A DNA stretch of 64,000 bases from an uncultured delta proteobacterium (GTDB taxonomy: Bacteria > Myxococcota > Myxococcia > Myxococcales > Anaeromyxobacteraceae), in assembly GCA_963828255.1 (NCBI GenBank), contig CAWHDZ010000015.1, forward strand, positions 172,531 to 236,530, given 5' to 3'. Shown piece by piece: positions 1-8,792 of the stretch. The position numbers and the translations under genes are program-made. The notes beneath the pieces were generated by a model, which saw only the letters and a program-made list of their open reading frames with translations, did no database searches and had not been told where the DNA came from. The stretch's first letter is position 1. Every line of letters starts with the position of its first letter.

Positions 1-314
<314 letters not shown>

Positions 315-418
315 GGACGCCATGCCGGGCCGGCTTCCCCCAGGTGTCGTTTCGGGGGTTGCTTGCCGGCGCAAAGTGTGGCTAAAACACGACGCTTTTT
401 CCAATGACCGGAGCATCC

Positions 419-766
419 ATGCACTCGATCCTCACGGCCTTCCTCGCGCAGACCGCGCCGGACGCGCCGAATCCCCTGATGCAGCTCGTCCCCTTCGTCC
501 TCATCGCCGTGGTCTTCTACCTGGTGTTCTTCCGCCCCCAGCAGAAGCAGGTGAAGAAGCACCAGAAGTTCGTGTCCGAGCTGCAGAAGGGGCAGGACGT
601 CGTCACCCAGGGCGGCATGATCGGCAAGATCTTCCAGGTCGAGGACAAGACCGTGACGCTCGACTTCGGGGGCGGCAACAAGATCCGCTTCGTGAAGGGT
701 CAGATCGCGGGCTCATGGTCCGACGAGACCGGCTCCTCCGAGAAGGACGCCAAGGAGAAGAAGTAG
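419..766 (+). CDS. yajC: preprotein translocase subunit YajC
   Basis: Single TM followed by RPQQK...LQKGQDVVTQGGMIG; GGAG SD before ATG at 419. Confidence 0.95.
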   Translation: MHSILTAFLAQTAPDAPNPLMQLVPFVLIAVVFYLVFFRPQQKQVKKHQKFVSELQKGQDVVTQGGMIGKIFQVEDKTVTLDFGGGNKIRFVKGQIAGSWSDETGSSEKDAKEKK

Positions 767-2596
767 ATGGAGCGCAACTGGTACTGGCGGCTGGGGCTCG
801 TCCTCGCCGTCCTCTTCTGGTCCATCTGGCAGCTCGTGCCCACCTGGGCCTACTTCCGCTTGCCCCCCGGCGAGCGAAACGGCCCGGAGTTCGAGCAGTC
901 GGTCCCCGGCTGGGCGCCCGACGCGAAGAAGCACCTGAACCTCGGCCTCGACCTGCAGGGGGGCATCCTGCTGGCCATGGGCGTGGACGTCGATCGGGCC
1001 GTGAAGGCCAAGGTCGTCCGCCGCGCCGACGAGATCTTCGACTTCCTCAAGGGGAAGAACCTGCCTGTCACCGCGGCGGGCCCGTCGGCCGACGGCAACC
1101 GCGTCGAGGTCAAGACCACCGACCCGAAGCAGGTCGAGCAGGTGGTCCAGGACTTCTACGGGGCCGAGATGTCGTCCCCCGGCGGCGCGCCGGAAGGTTC
1201 GGTGTGGTTCGCCTTCCGGACCGACGTCATCAAGAACTTCAAGGAGAAGGCCGTCGAGCAGGCGGAGAAGACCATCCGCAACCGCGTCGACAAGTGGGGC
1301 GTCTCCGAGCCGGACATCAAGCGCAAGCAGAACGCCCAGATCCAGATCCAGCTCCCCGGATTCAAGGACCCGGGCAAGGCCAAGGACCTGCTCGGCCGCA
1401 CCGCGCAGCTCGAGTTCAAGATCGCCGACGACGAGTCGACTGCGCTCGACGCCATCCGCACGGAGATGCCACCCTGCCCGCAGGGGCCGGACGGCGGCAT
1501 CGCGCTGCCGCTCCCGGTCACCGGCTGCTACTACGTCGAGCAGGTGGACCTTCCCTCCGGCATCCGGCGCCAGTCCACCTACGTGGCCACCGGCAAGCGC
1601 ACCGACCTCGACGTGATCATCGAGAAGTCGCTGAAGCCCCGCATCACGCGCGACCAGGAGATCGGGATCGGCGAGGTCGTGGTCGGCCAGGGGCTCGTGA
1701 AGGAGCGCTTCTACCGGACCTACCTGCTCCGCGCCAAGACCGAGCTGACCGGCGACTACATCTCCGACGCCCGCCCCTCGGTGGACAACTCCAAGGGGGC
1801 AGGCGACCCGGTGGTGGCCTTCGCGATGTCGGCGGAGGGGGCCCGGCTCATGGAGCGGCTCACCACCGACAACCTGGGGCGCCGCATGGCCATCGTGCTC
1901 GACTCCAAGGTGGAGAGCGCGCCCTACATCCAGGGCAAGATCTCCAGCAACGGGCAGATCACGCTGGGCACCGGCCGCAACTACCAGGAGAAGTTCCAGG
2001 AGGCGAACGACATCTCGATCGTCCTCAAGGCCGGTGCGCTCCCCGCCCCGGTGACCATCTTCGAGGAGCGCAGCGTGGGCGCCACCCTCGGGCCGGAACT
2101 GGTGCGCAAGGGCACCATCGCCGCGCTCGTGGGCCTGGGCGCGGTCATGCTCTTCATGCTGCTCTACTACCGGGCGAGCGGCCTCATCGCCAACGTCGCG
2201 CTGGTGGAGAACGGCCTGCTCGTGCTCGCCATCATGTCGCTGCTCGGTTCCACGCTCACGCTGCCGGGCATCGCCGGCTTCGTGCTCACCCTGGGCATGG
2301 CGGTGGACGCCAACGTCCTCATCAACGAGCGCATCCGCGAGGAACTGCGCGCCGGCAAGACGGTCCGGCAGGCGGTGGACCAGGGCTACGACAAGGTCTT
2401 CTGGACCATCGTGGACAGCCACGTCACCGCGCTGGTGGCGGCCGTGGTCCTGATGCAGTACGGCTCCGGCCCGGTACGCGGGTTCGCCGTCACCCTGATC
2501 ATCGGCCTCCTCGCGTCGATGTTCACCTCCATCGTCGTCACCCGCGTGATCGTCGACTGGACCACGCGCCACGACAACGCCCGGCTGAGCGTCTGA
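767..2596 (+). CDS. secD: protein translocase subunit SecD
   Basis: LNLGLDLQGG, IRNRVDKWGVSEP, LTLPGIAGFVLTLGMAVDANVLINERIREE. Confidence 0.97.
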   Translation: MERNWYWRLGLVLAVLFWSIWQLVPTWAYFRLPPGERNGPEFEQSVPGWAPDAKKHLNLGLDLQGGILLAMGVDVDRAVKAKVVRRADEIFDFLKGKNLPVTAAGPSADGNRVEVKTTDPKQVEQVVQDFYGAEMSSPGGAPEGSVWFAFRTDVIKNFKEKAVEQAEKTIRNRVDKWGVSEPDIKRKQNAQIQIQLPGFKDPGKAKDLLGRTAQLEFKIADDESTALDAIRTEMPPCPQGPDGGIALPLPVTGCYYVEQVDLPSGIRRQSTYVATGKRTDLDVIIEKSLKPRITRDQEIGIGEVVVGQGLVKERFYRTYLLRAKTELTGDYISDARPSVDNSKGAGDPVVAFAMSAEGARLMERLTTDNLGRRMAIVLDSKVESAPYIQGKISSNGQITLGTGRNYQEKFQEANDISIVLKAGALPAPVTIFEERSVGATLGPELVRKGTIAALVGLGAVMLFMLLYYRASGLIANVALVENGLLVLAIMSLLGSTLTLPGIAGFVLTLGMAVDANVLINERIREELRAGKTVRQAVDQGYDKVFWTIVDSHVTALVAAVVLMQYGSGPVRGFAVTLIIGLLASMFTSIVVTRVIVDWTTRHDNARLSV

Positions 2597-3774
2597 TGCA
2601 ATTCAAGAGCTTCGACATCGTCCCCCACGGGACCAAGTTCGACTTCGTCGGGAAGCGCAAGATCGCGCTCATCCTGTCCACCCTCTTCAACCTGTCGGTG
2701 ATCCTCTGGGCGCTCCCCCAGGTCCACGGCCTCAACTACGGGGTGGACTTCGCGGGCGGCACCGAGATGCAGGTGAAGTTCGACAAGGCGGTGGATCCCG
2801 GCGAGGTCCGGAAGCACATCGAGGCCCTCGGCTTCACGGACGCCGTGGTCCAGACCTACGGCCCGGAGAGCGAGCACAGCTACCTCATCCGCGTCGGGCG
2901 CGTGGCGCTGCTCACGCCCGAGGACGCCGCCCGCATCGTGGCGGCCGTGAAGGCGAAGTTCCCGGTCATCGGCCAGCCGGCCTTCAGCCCCGAGGTGGGC
3001 GACAAGATCGACTTCGAGTTCCAGGTGCTCCCATCCCAGGCCGAGTTGCAGGCGGTCGTCGAGTCGACCGGGGTCAAGGTCAGGGAGATCCGGGAGGAGG
3101 CGGGGCTCACCGCCGGGACCCGGTCGCTGGCCGTCCTCACCCAGGGCATCCAGGACCGCGTCGAGAAGGAGCTCGCCGCCCGCTTCGCCGACGCCACGCC
3201 CCAGGTGCTCCGGGTCGAGTACGTCGGCCCGGCGGTGGGGCGCGAGCTCCGCAACCAGGGGTTCAAGGCCATCATCTACGCCATCGCGCTCATCGTGGTC
3301 TACGTCGGTCTTCGCTTCGACTTCCGGTTCTCCCCCGGGGTGGTCATCGCCATCCTGCACGACGCCATCGTCACGCTCGGTTACTTCGCCTTCACCGGCC
3401 GGGAGTTCAACCTCACCTCGGTGGCGGTCATCCTCACGGTGGTCGGCTACTCGGTGAACGACACGGTCGTGGTCTACGACCGGATCCGCGAGAACCAGGG
3501 CAAGCTCAAGGGCAAGAAGCTCGCCGACATCGTCAACGTCTCCATCAACGAGACCCTGGGCCGGACCATCCTCACCTCGTTCGCGACGTCGCTTTCCCTG
3601 CTCGGGCTCCTCATCTTCGGCGTCGGAACCATCTTCGACTTCGCCATGGCCATGCTCATCGGCATCGTCTCCGGCACCTATTCCACCTGGTTCATCGCCG
3701 CTCCGATGACCATCTGGCTCGAGGAGAGGGCCGAGGCGGCGAAGCAGAGGAAGGGCGGCGCCCGCGCCGCGTGA
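2596..3774 (+). CDS. secF: protein translocase subunit SecF
   Basis: TGATG overlap with secD; GLNYGVDFAGG, VGPAVGREL, GYSVNDTVVVYDRIREN. Confidence 0.96.
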   Translation: MQFKSFDIVPHGTKFDFVGKRKIALILSTLFNLSVILWALPQVHGLNYGVDFAGGTEMQVKFDKAVDPGEVRKHIEALGFTDAVVQTYGPESEHSYLIRVGRVALLTPEDAARIVAAVKAKFPVIGQPAFSPEVGDKIDFEFQVLPSQAELQAVVESTGVKVREIREEAGLTAGTRSLAVLTQGIQDRVEKELAARFADATPQVLRVEYVGPAVGRELRNQGFKAIIYAIALIVVYVGLRFDFRFSPGVVIAILHDAIVTLGYFAFTGREFNLTSVAVILTVVGYSVNDTVVVYDRIRENQGKLKGKKLADIVNVSINETLGRTILTSFATSLSLLGLLIFGVGTIFDFAMAMLIGIVSGTYSTWFIAAPMTIWLEERAEAAKQRKGGARAA

Positions 3775-3806
3775 CGACCGGGTAGATTAGGAAAGATTCA
3801 TGATCG

Positions 3807-3836
3807 CGAGGGGCCCGTCGAAAGCCGGGCCCCTCG
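3807..3836. terminator. GC-rich hairpin downstream of secF, possible terminator
   Basis: CGAGGGGCCCG...CGGGCCCCTCG 11-bp stem; no U-tract. Confidence 0.4.
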
Positions 3837-3913
3837 TCCCATTTCCGGGGTACACGAGTGGGCCCCGAACAGGTACCTTTCCGGGGCTCGCGGAACGGTG
3901 AGGAGATTCACGC

Positions 3914-6130
3914 GTGGACATGGTGTCGAGCGCCGTCGCAGCGGCCGCCGTGCTGCTGGCGATCGTCATGGCTGTCGGCCACGTGGTCAAGCGGCGCCGC
4001 AGGATGGCGCACGACGCCGTGGTGCTCAAGGACAAGCAGGAGAAGAACCTCCACATCCCGCGGTCGCTCCACCCCGTCATCGACACGGACATCTGCATCG
4101 GATCCCTCTCCTGCCTGAAGGCCTGCCCGGAGGGGGACATCCTGGGCATCCAGAAAGGCACGGCGACCCTGGTCCACGCCGACCACTGCATCGGTCACGG
4201 CCGGTGCGCCGCGGAGTGCCCCGTCCAGGCCATCCGCCTCGTGATGGGAACCCACGAGCGAGGCGTGGACCTCCCCGAGGTGGACGAGTACTTCGAGTCG
4301 AGCCGGCCCGGGGTCCACGTGGTGGGTGAACTGGGCGGGATGGGGCTCCTGCGCAACGCCGTCCGGCAGGGGCTGCACGCCGCCAAGCGGCTCGACGGAA
4401 TCCTCCCCAAGGGGGGCGGCGGCAAGGCGGTGGACGTGGTCATCGTCGGCGCCGGCGCGGCCGGCCTCGCCACCGCGTGCGCGCTCCACGAGGCGGGGCG
4501 GAGCTACAGGCTCCTCGAGCAGGGGACCTGGGGCGGCACGATGTACCACTACCCGCGCCGGAAGATCGTCATGACCGAGCCCGCCACCATCCCGGGCTTC
4601 GGCAAGATCGGAAAGTCCATCATCAGCAAGGAGGAGCTGCTCGAGACCTGGGGCAAGGCCATCGAGAAGATCCAGGTGAAGGTCGACGAGGGGATCCAGG
4701 TCACCGGCATCGACGGCGAGGACGGCGCCTTCGCGGTCCACACCACGAAGGGGATCATCGACGCACGCAAGGTCGTGCTCGCCTGCGGCCGCCGCGGCAC
4801 GCCGAGGAAGATGGGGGTCCCGGGCGAGGAGCTCCAGAAGGTCACCTACGGCTTCACCGACGCCGAGCAGTACGGCGGGCGGCGGGTCCTCGTGGTGGGC
4901 GGAGGCGACTCGGCCCTCGAGGCGGCCATCCAGATCGCCGAGCTGGGCACCTCCGAGGTGGCGCTCTCCTACCGCGGCGCCGAGCTCGGACGGGCCCGGC
5001 AGGCCAACCGGGACAAGCTGACCGCCCTCTCCGAGGCCGGGCAGCTCACGCTGCTCCTGCCCTCGCAGATCAAGTACGTCACCGAGACCGAGGTCCGACT
5101 CGAATGGGACGGGCGCGAGATGCGCCTGCCCAACGACGACATCATCGTCAACATCGGCGGCGACCCGCCCGACGGCTTCCTCAAGAAGGCCGGCGTGGAG
5201 ATGCGCCGCTACAAGGGGGAGCAGCTCGGGGCCAAGACCGGCGAGGACTACGTCAGCGAGGAGGAGATGAAGATGCGCCGGAGGCTGCGGCGCACGCTGG
5301 CGCTCTACGCCTGCCTGGGAGCCACCATCGTGGCCTACCTGGCCTACAAGGGCTGGGGCTACTACCAGCTCACCACCATGGCCCGGCTTCGGTCGCCGAT
5401 GCACGGCGCCTTCAAGTCGGCGGGGCCGTGGGGGCACGGGGTGGGGATCGTGGCCACGGTCTTCATGCTCTCGAACTTCCTCTACCCGGTGCGCAAGCGC
5501 ACCCGGTCCCTGACCGGCCTGGGGGACATCCGCGACTGGCTCAACTTCCACGTCTTCGTGGGGTTCATGAGCCCGCTCGTCATCGCGTTCCACGCCGCGT
5601 TCCAGTCGAACAACGTGCTCGCCACCGCGACCGCCATCGCGCTCGGGATCGTGGTGGGCACCGGGCTCATCGGCCGCTTCATCTACGGGCTCGTTCCCTC
5701 CGTGGACGGCCACGCCGAGGAGCTCGAGCTCATCTCCGGCCGGTTCGAGCGGCTCCGGTCCACCGTTGAGCCGATGCTCGCCGGGGCCCGGGAGAGGAAC
5801 CGGCTCGACAAGCTGGTGGCCTCGGCGACGGCCCAGGTTCCGAAGAGCTCTCTCATCGTCGCCCTCCTGCGGGAGCCGCTGTCCGGGCTGCGCTTCCGGT
5901 TTCGCCTCCTGCGGGTGCGGTTCCTCTTCACCGGGACGTCGCAGTACACTCGATTTCGCATCTCGGTGCTGCGCCTGCGCCGGCTCCGTTTCCAGATCGC
6001 CTTTTACGGCGGCCTGCGAAACCTGCTACGAAACTGGCGTGTCATGCACGCCTCCCTGGCGGTCTTCCTCGTCTTCGTCATGACCGTGCACATCGGCGTC
6101 TCGCTCTACCTGGGCTACGGACTGAAATGA
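3914..6130 (+). CDS. membrane-bound ferredoxin / FAD-NAD(P)H oxidoreductase / cytochrome b-like fusion protein
   Basis: N-terminal TM followed by KRRRR; CIGSLSCLKACP and CIGHGRCAAECP Fe-S motifs; VIVGAGAAG (FAD); VLVVGGGDSA...SYRG (NAD(P)H); C-terminal TM helices with two H-x13-H pairs. Confidence 0.85.
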   Translation: MDMVSSAVAAAAVLLAIVMAVGHVVKRRRRMAHDAVVLKDKQEKNLHIPRSLHPVIDTDICIGSLSCLKACPEGDILGIQKGTATLVHADHCIGHGRCAAECPVQAIRLVMGTHERGVDLPEVDEYFESSRPGVHVVGELGGMGLLRNAVRQGLHAAKRLDGILPKGGGGKAVDVVIVGAGAAGLATACALHEAGRSYRLLEQGTWGGTMYHYPRRKIVMTEPATIPGFGKIGKSIISKEELLETWGKAIEKIQVKVDEGIQVTGIDGEDGAFAVHTTKGIIDARKVVLACGRRGTPRKMGVPGEELQKVTYGFTDAEQYGGRRVLVVGGGDSALEAAIQIAELGTSEVALSYRGAELGRARQANRDKLTALSEAGQLTLLLPSQIKYVTETEVRLEWDGREMRLPNDDIIVNIGGDPPDGFLKKAGVEMRRYKGEQLGAKTGEDYVSEEEMKMRRRLRRTLALYACLGATIVAYLAYKGWGYYQLTTMARLRSPMHGAFKSAGPWGHGVGIVATVFMLSNFLYPVRKRTRSLTGLGDIRDWLNFHVFVGFMSPLVIAFHAAFQSNNVLATATAIALGIVVGTGLIGRFIYGLVPSVDGHAEELELISGRFERLRSTVEPMLAGARERNRLDKLVASATAQVPKSSLIVALLREPLSGLRFRFRLLRVRFLFTGTSQYTRFRISVLRLRRLRFQIAFYGGLRNLLRNWRVMHASLAVFLVFVMTVHIGVSLYLGYGLK

Positions 6131-7947
6131 CCAATCGACGAACCTGCACGGGTACCCGCCAGATCCTCGCCCCGCTGGCCGTCGCCGTCGCGCTGCTCGC
6201 CCTCCCGGCGCGGGCCGACCTCATCTCCCCCGGCGAGCTCTCCCGCGCCCACGAGAAGCTGGAGGGGCTACAGAACTGCACCAAGTGCCACCCGGCCGGG
6301 AAGCAGTTCTCCGCCGAGAAGTGCCTGGAGTGCCACAAGGAGCTTCGCCCCAGCCTCTCTTCGGGGAAGGGGCTCCACGGACGGGCCTCCGAGAAGAAGT
6401 GCGAAGCCTGCCACCACGAGCACCACGGCAAGGACTTCCCGCAGATCGACTGGGGCGAGGCCGGGCAGAAGGCCTTCGACCACGCCAGGACCGGGTACCC
6501 CCTGGTCGGCAAGCACGCCAAGGCGAAGTGCGAGACCTGCCACGACCCCCGCCGCGTCACCGATCCCGCCGTGAAGGAGGTCCTGGCGAAGGGGCGCAAG
6601 AGCCTCCTCGGCGCGCCGGCAACCTGCGCCGGGTGCCACTTCGACGAGCACCGGACCCAGCTCGGGAACGACTGCCAGAAGTGCCACGACCCCAACGCCT
6701 GGAAGCCCGCCACCAAGGGGTTCGACCACGCGTTGACCAAGTACCCGCTCAACGGGCTGCACGCCAAGGTCCCCTGCGCCAAGTGCCACGTTCCCCTGGT
6801 CGATCCGGAGGGCAAGCACACCTTCCCCCAGGCCGTCTCGGTCACCTACGCGAAGTACAAGCCGCTGCCCTTCGCCGCCTGCACCGACTGCCACAAGGAC
6901 CCGCACCAGAACCGCTTCGGCGCGCTCTGCATCACCTGCCACGTCGTGGAGGGCTGGAAGGTCATGAAGGTGGGGCAGGGCGACAAGATCGCCTTCCACG
7001 AGAAGGCCCGCTACCAGCTCCGCGGCGCCCACCAGCAGGTGGAGTGCAAGTTCTGCCACGGTCCCTTCGAGGGGCAGGCGAAGGCGAGGTACAAGGACCT
7101 GGCGTTCAAGGCCTGCACCGACTGCCACCAGGACGCCCACCTCGGCCAGCTGGGGAAGGCCGGGCAGCCCCCGGCGGCCTGCGATCGCTGCCACGTCGTG
7201 CAGGGCTGGGTGCCGGTGCGCTTCGAGCTGGCCGAGCACCAGAAGACCAAGTACCCGCTCGAGGGCGCCCACGTGGCCGTGGCCTGCGATCGCTGCCACG
7301 TGAAGACCAACAAGCTCGCCGAAAAGGCCCCGGCCGCGATGCGCGCCGAGATGAAGCGGCAGCGACGCCCGGTGAAGGTGAGCGAGTTCACCATGGAGAA
7401 GAAGGTGGACGGGAAGAAGTGCACCTCCTGCCACCGCGACGTCCACCAGGCGCAGTTCGAGAAGCGCATGGCGGTGGAGGGGTGCACGGCCTGCCATGAC
7501 CAGGCCAGCTTCACGAAGACCAGGTTCGACCACGCCCGGGACACCAAGTTCCGGCTCGACGGAAAGCACGGCAAGACGGCCTGCGCCTCCTGCCACGCCG
7601 CCGCGACCGGAAAGGACGGGAAGCCCTACGTGAAGTACGCCGGTGCGCCCACGGCCTGCGCGAAGTGCCACGCCGACCGGCACGCCGCCCAGTTCGCGGT
7701 GAAGAAGGTGACCCAGTGCGCCTCCTGCCACGGCGTCGAGGATTGGAAGAAGCTCAAGTTCGTCCACGCCGAGCCGTTCACGACCTACACGCTGACAGGC
7801 AAGCACGCCAAGGTGACCTGCGAGAAGTGCCACCCGCCGGTCAAGATCGGCACCCTCGAGATCAAGCGGTACAAGCCGGTGTCGCGCGACTGCCAGGGAT
7901 GCCACGCCGACTTCCACAAGGGCGCCTTCCGGGGGTACGAGCCGTGA
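6127..7947 (+). CDS. periplasmic multiheme cytochrome c, 20 CxxCH motifs
   Basis: Sec signal peptide (...ALPARA); 20 CxxCH counted; repeated FDH..T.[YF]PL.G.H units; ATGA overlap with upstream gene. Confidence 0.95.
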   Translation: MTNRRTCTGTRQILAPLAVAVALLALPARADLISPGELSRAHEKLEGLQNCTKCHPAGKQFSAEKCLECHKELRPSLSSGKGLHGRASEKKCEACHHEHHGKDFPQIDWGEAGQKAFDHARTGYPLVGKHAKAKCETCHDPRRVTDPAVKEVLAKGRKSLLGAPATCAGCHFDEHRTQLGNDCQKCHDPNAWKPATKGFDHALTKYPLNGLHAKVPCAKCHVPLVDPEGKHTFPQAVSVTYAKYKPLPFAACTDCHKDPHQNRFGALCITCHVVEGWKVMKVGQGDKIAFHEKARYQLRGAHQQVECKFCHGPFEGQAKARYKDLAFKACTDCHQDAHLGQLGKAGQPPAACDRCHVVQGWVPVRFELAEHQKTKYPLEGAHVAVACDRCHVKTNKLAEKAPAAMRAEMKRQRRPVKVSEFTMEKKVDGKKCTSCHRDVHQAQFEKRMAVEGCTACHDQASFTKTRFDHARDTKFRLDGKHGKTACASCHAAATGKDGKPYVKYAGAPTACAKCHADRHAAQFAVKKVTQCASCHGVEDWKKLKFVHAEPFTTYTLTGKHAKVTCEKCHPPVKIGTLEIKRYKPVSRDCQGCHADFHKGAFRGYEP

Positions 7948-8792
7948 TCCACCTCGCCGCAGCCGCCGCGCTGTTCCTGGCCGCCGCACCACAGGCTCCC
8001 CAGGCGCACGCCCCCGCCGACACCAAGTGCTCGGCCTGCCACACGCCCGAGGGGTGGGGGGACGTGAAGTTCGTCCACGAGCGGACCGGGTTCCCGCTCA
8101 CCGGGCAGCACGCCCAGGTGGCCTGCCGCAAGTGCCACGTGGTGGACTTCAAGCAGCCGCTGCCCCGAAGCTGCTCGGCCTGCCACCGCGACGTCCACGG
8201 CGGCAACGCGGGCGTCCAGTGCGCCACCTGCCACGACACCGAGAGCTGGAAGTCCCGCTTCGACGCGGACGCCCACCGGCGCACCAACTTTCCGCTGCAG
8301 GGGCGCCACGCGCTGCTCCCCTGCGAGCAGTGCCACGGCGACAGGCGCGATCGCTCCTTCGCACGTCCCACCGTTCCGTGCGCGGATTGCCACCAGGCCG
8401 ACCTCTCCAACGCGGCGGCGAAGGGGGTGGACCACTCGGGGTTCGGGAACACGTGCCTGGGCTGCCACGGCTTCTGGCGCTGGAGCCCGGCCACCTTCTC
8501 GGGGCACGGGGCCTGCTTCCCCATCGACTCGGGCAGGCACGCCGGAATTCCCTGCCTGAGCTGCCACGTCACGCTGCCCGTGCCGCTCGTCATCGGGTCC
8601 TGCACCAGCCAGCCTTCCCCGTCCTGCATCCAGTGCCACCCCTGCGCGTCGCACCCCCAGGTCCAGAGCTTCGTCTGCACCGACCAGGCCTGCTACGGAT
8701 GCCACTACAACGGGCAGGTCAACGAGGGCGGCGGGAACCTCCGGACCAGGCAGCTGCGGATCGGACCCACGCGGAGGACGGTGAAGCCATGA
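7944..8792 (+). CDS. multiheme cytochrome c, 10 CxxCH motifs
   Basis: GTGA overlap; Ala-rich signal peptide; 10 CxxCH counted plus 4 non-motif Cys. Confidence 0.93.
   Translation: MIHLAAAAALFLAAAPQAPQAHAPADTKCSACHTPEGWGDVKFVHERTGFPLTGQHAQVACRKCHVVDFKQPLPRSCSACHRDVHGGNAGVQCATCHDTESWKSRFDADAHRRTNFPLQGRHALLPCEQCHGDRRDRSFARPTVPCADCHQADLSNAAAKGVDHSGFGNTCLGCHGFWRWSPATFSGHGACFPIDSGRHAGIPCLSCHVTLPVPLVIGSCTSQPSPSCIQCHPCASHPQVQSFVCTDQACYGCHYNGQVNEGGGNLRTRQLRIGPTRRTVKP

Noticed and set aside
322..3774. Apparent 1150-aa SecF fusion; similar N-terminal extensions for sdhA, sdhB, lpxK and yicC
   Set aside because: Extensions are off-frame read-through of upstream genes; true starts overlap upstream stop codons or follow SD sites
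6127..8792. Recurring TGCCAC-containing DNA repeats resembling a spaced repeat array
   Set aside because: They are CxxCH codons with irregular spacing, not a CRISPR array
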